Below are positions 62,806 through 64,000 of a stretch of DNA of 64,000 nucleotides, one piece after another. Positions within the stretch are counted from its first letter, which is position 1. Every line of letters starts with the position of its first letter. Source of the stretch: Cyanophora paradoxa CCMP329 (taxonomy: Eukaryota; Plantae; Glaucophyta); assembly GCA_004431415.1 (NCBI GenBank), contig QPMI01000036.1, positions 124,001 through 188,000 on the forward strand, given 5' to 3'. The position numbers were made by a program, and so were the translations under genes. The notes beneath the pieces were generated by a model. That model was given only the letters and a program-made list of their open reading frames with translations. It ran no database searches and was not told the DNA's origin.

Positions 62806-64000
62806 CTAAAGGCCGGCGGCGGCGGCCGCCTCCTCGATGGAGGCGAGCTCAGCACGGACGGACTCACACTGCCGCCTGAGCTCCTCCAGTTCGGCGGCGC
62901 CGCGCTCACGGGCGAGGTCCGCTGCTTTCGACGCGTCCTTCAGGTCTTTCAGCTCCTGTCTAATGACTTGGCGGTACCGTGCAGGCAGCTGCTTGCGGAA
63001 ATCCGTGAGCCAGGCATGCGCGTGCACGATCGCCTGTCAAAACGGTCAGATCTATAGCTATCCCCAGAGATCGATCAGCTCGTCTCGCGTACCTTCTTGG
63101 AGACTCTCTCCACGATTGTTTTGTAAGTGTCATCCGTCTTCAGGACCTCCAGAATGTCCTCCAGGCAGACCTCGCTGCAGGGGCACACCTGCTTGCGGCG
63201 CTTCGAGCTCTGCACATGCACATTCGTCGGCAGCGCGTCGCGCGACCGCTGGGTGCCTTGGGTGCACCGCAGGCGCGTTGGAAAGGGCCTCGAGCACCGC
63301 AGCGCTAGCCGCACGCCGCCTGCGGTTGCGGCCCTTGCGCTTCTGGGCAGCCATGAGCGGGGCAAGCTGCATGCGCAGCCGCTGGCGGCGCCAGCACGGC
63401 ACGGCGCACGGCGCGTGCAGCGGCAGCGCTGTCGACGACGTTGGCAAGCTCGTAGTGAAATTCGTCCAAGACAGCGATGAGGAGATCGTTTTTGATGAAG
63501 GCCCACGCATCCCTGACGACGTTCTTGAAGACTTTATCTACCGCCGCCTGCAATCGCCTGCGCCGCATGCGCATTCCATCAGCGACCAGCCGCAGTGCCA
63601 GCTGCAGCAAGTGCACGTGGCAAGGTGGGCGCACGGATTGGACGTGCTGACGATGTTGGTGTAGGCGGCTTCCACGGCCATAGATTGCAGATCTAGACTA
63701 TGTACATGTTGGTGTAGCGCCGGCAGTACGGGGCTGCACTGGTCGATGAGGGCCTGCTTCCAGCGGGGGAAGACGGAGCTGTTGAGGATGCGCTGGAAGA
63801 CGGGGCCGATGCACTTGATCTCCTCGATGAAGCGCTTAAATGAGAGGCCGAAGAGGACAGAGTGTTCCAGGCTCTTCTGGTCCACGTCGCGCCCAACGGA
63901 CCCCACAGCATCATTTCCAAACCGATTCTTGAGAAGGCCCTGCACCGTCTGCGCATACTGAAGATAAGCGGCCAAGGATCGCGATCGCAGCAGCGCGTGG
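62806..64000 (-). CDS. 3' part of an unidentified helical protein (continues beyond the window)
   Basis: Protein-like frames 63538-63975, 63305-63634, 63075-63506 and 62806-63027 can be linked by GT-AG introns. It ends in a coiled coil. Confidence 0.55.

Overview
Eukaryotic nuclear DNA from a very GC-rich, gene-dense protist with many short introns (~45-100 nt). The best inference is a flagellated alga with a primary plastid, probably a glaucophyte like Cyanophora: there is a plastid-type transit peptide MAHAYV...RSFLG with no signal peptide, and several flagellar genes. About 1.5-15.0 kb is a higher-order tandem array: ~6 units of 2.1-2.6 kb, each with nested 294-bp subrepeats, diverged edges and many repair/excision-type scars. 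From 15.4 to 64 kb there are ~19 intron-rich genes that I spliced by eye: ERCC8/CSA, a multi-EF-hand TKL kinase, COG8, a small hypothetical protein, a SHIPPO/STPG repeat protein, ERO1, a C2CD6/CatSper-tau-like protein, QPRT/nadC, mL60, mitochondrial EF-G1, a giant coiled-coil protein, presenilin, RPL26, an EGY-like M50 pseudoprotease, mL54, an OTU protease, EME1-like, and a partial gene. The supplied ORF track is mostly spurious because it ignores introns. The most striking signals are: (i) a G-rich/C-rich oscillation phased to exon-intron structure that sets synonymous codon choice; (ii) frequent GC-AG introns (7 of 21 in EF-G) with a GYNCGC donor; (iii) a CatSper-tau homolog in an alga; (iv) the scarred tandem array. 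All gene models are manual, and no database search was run.
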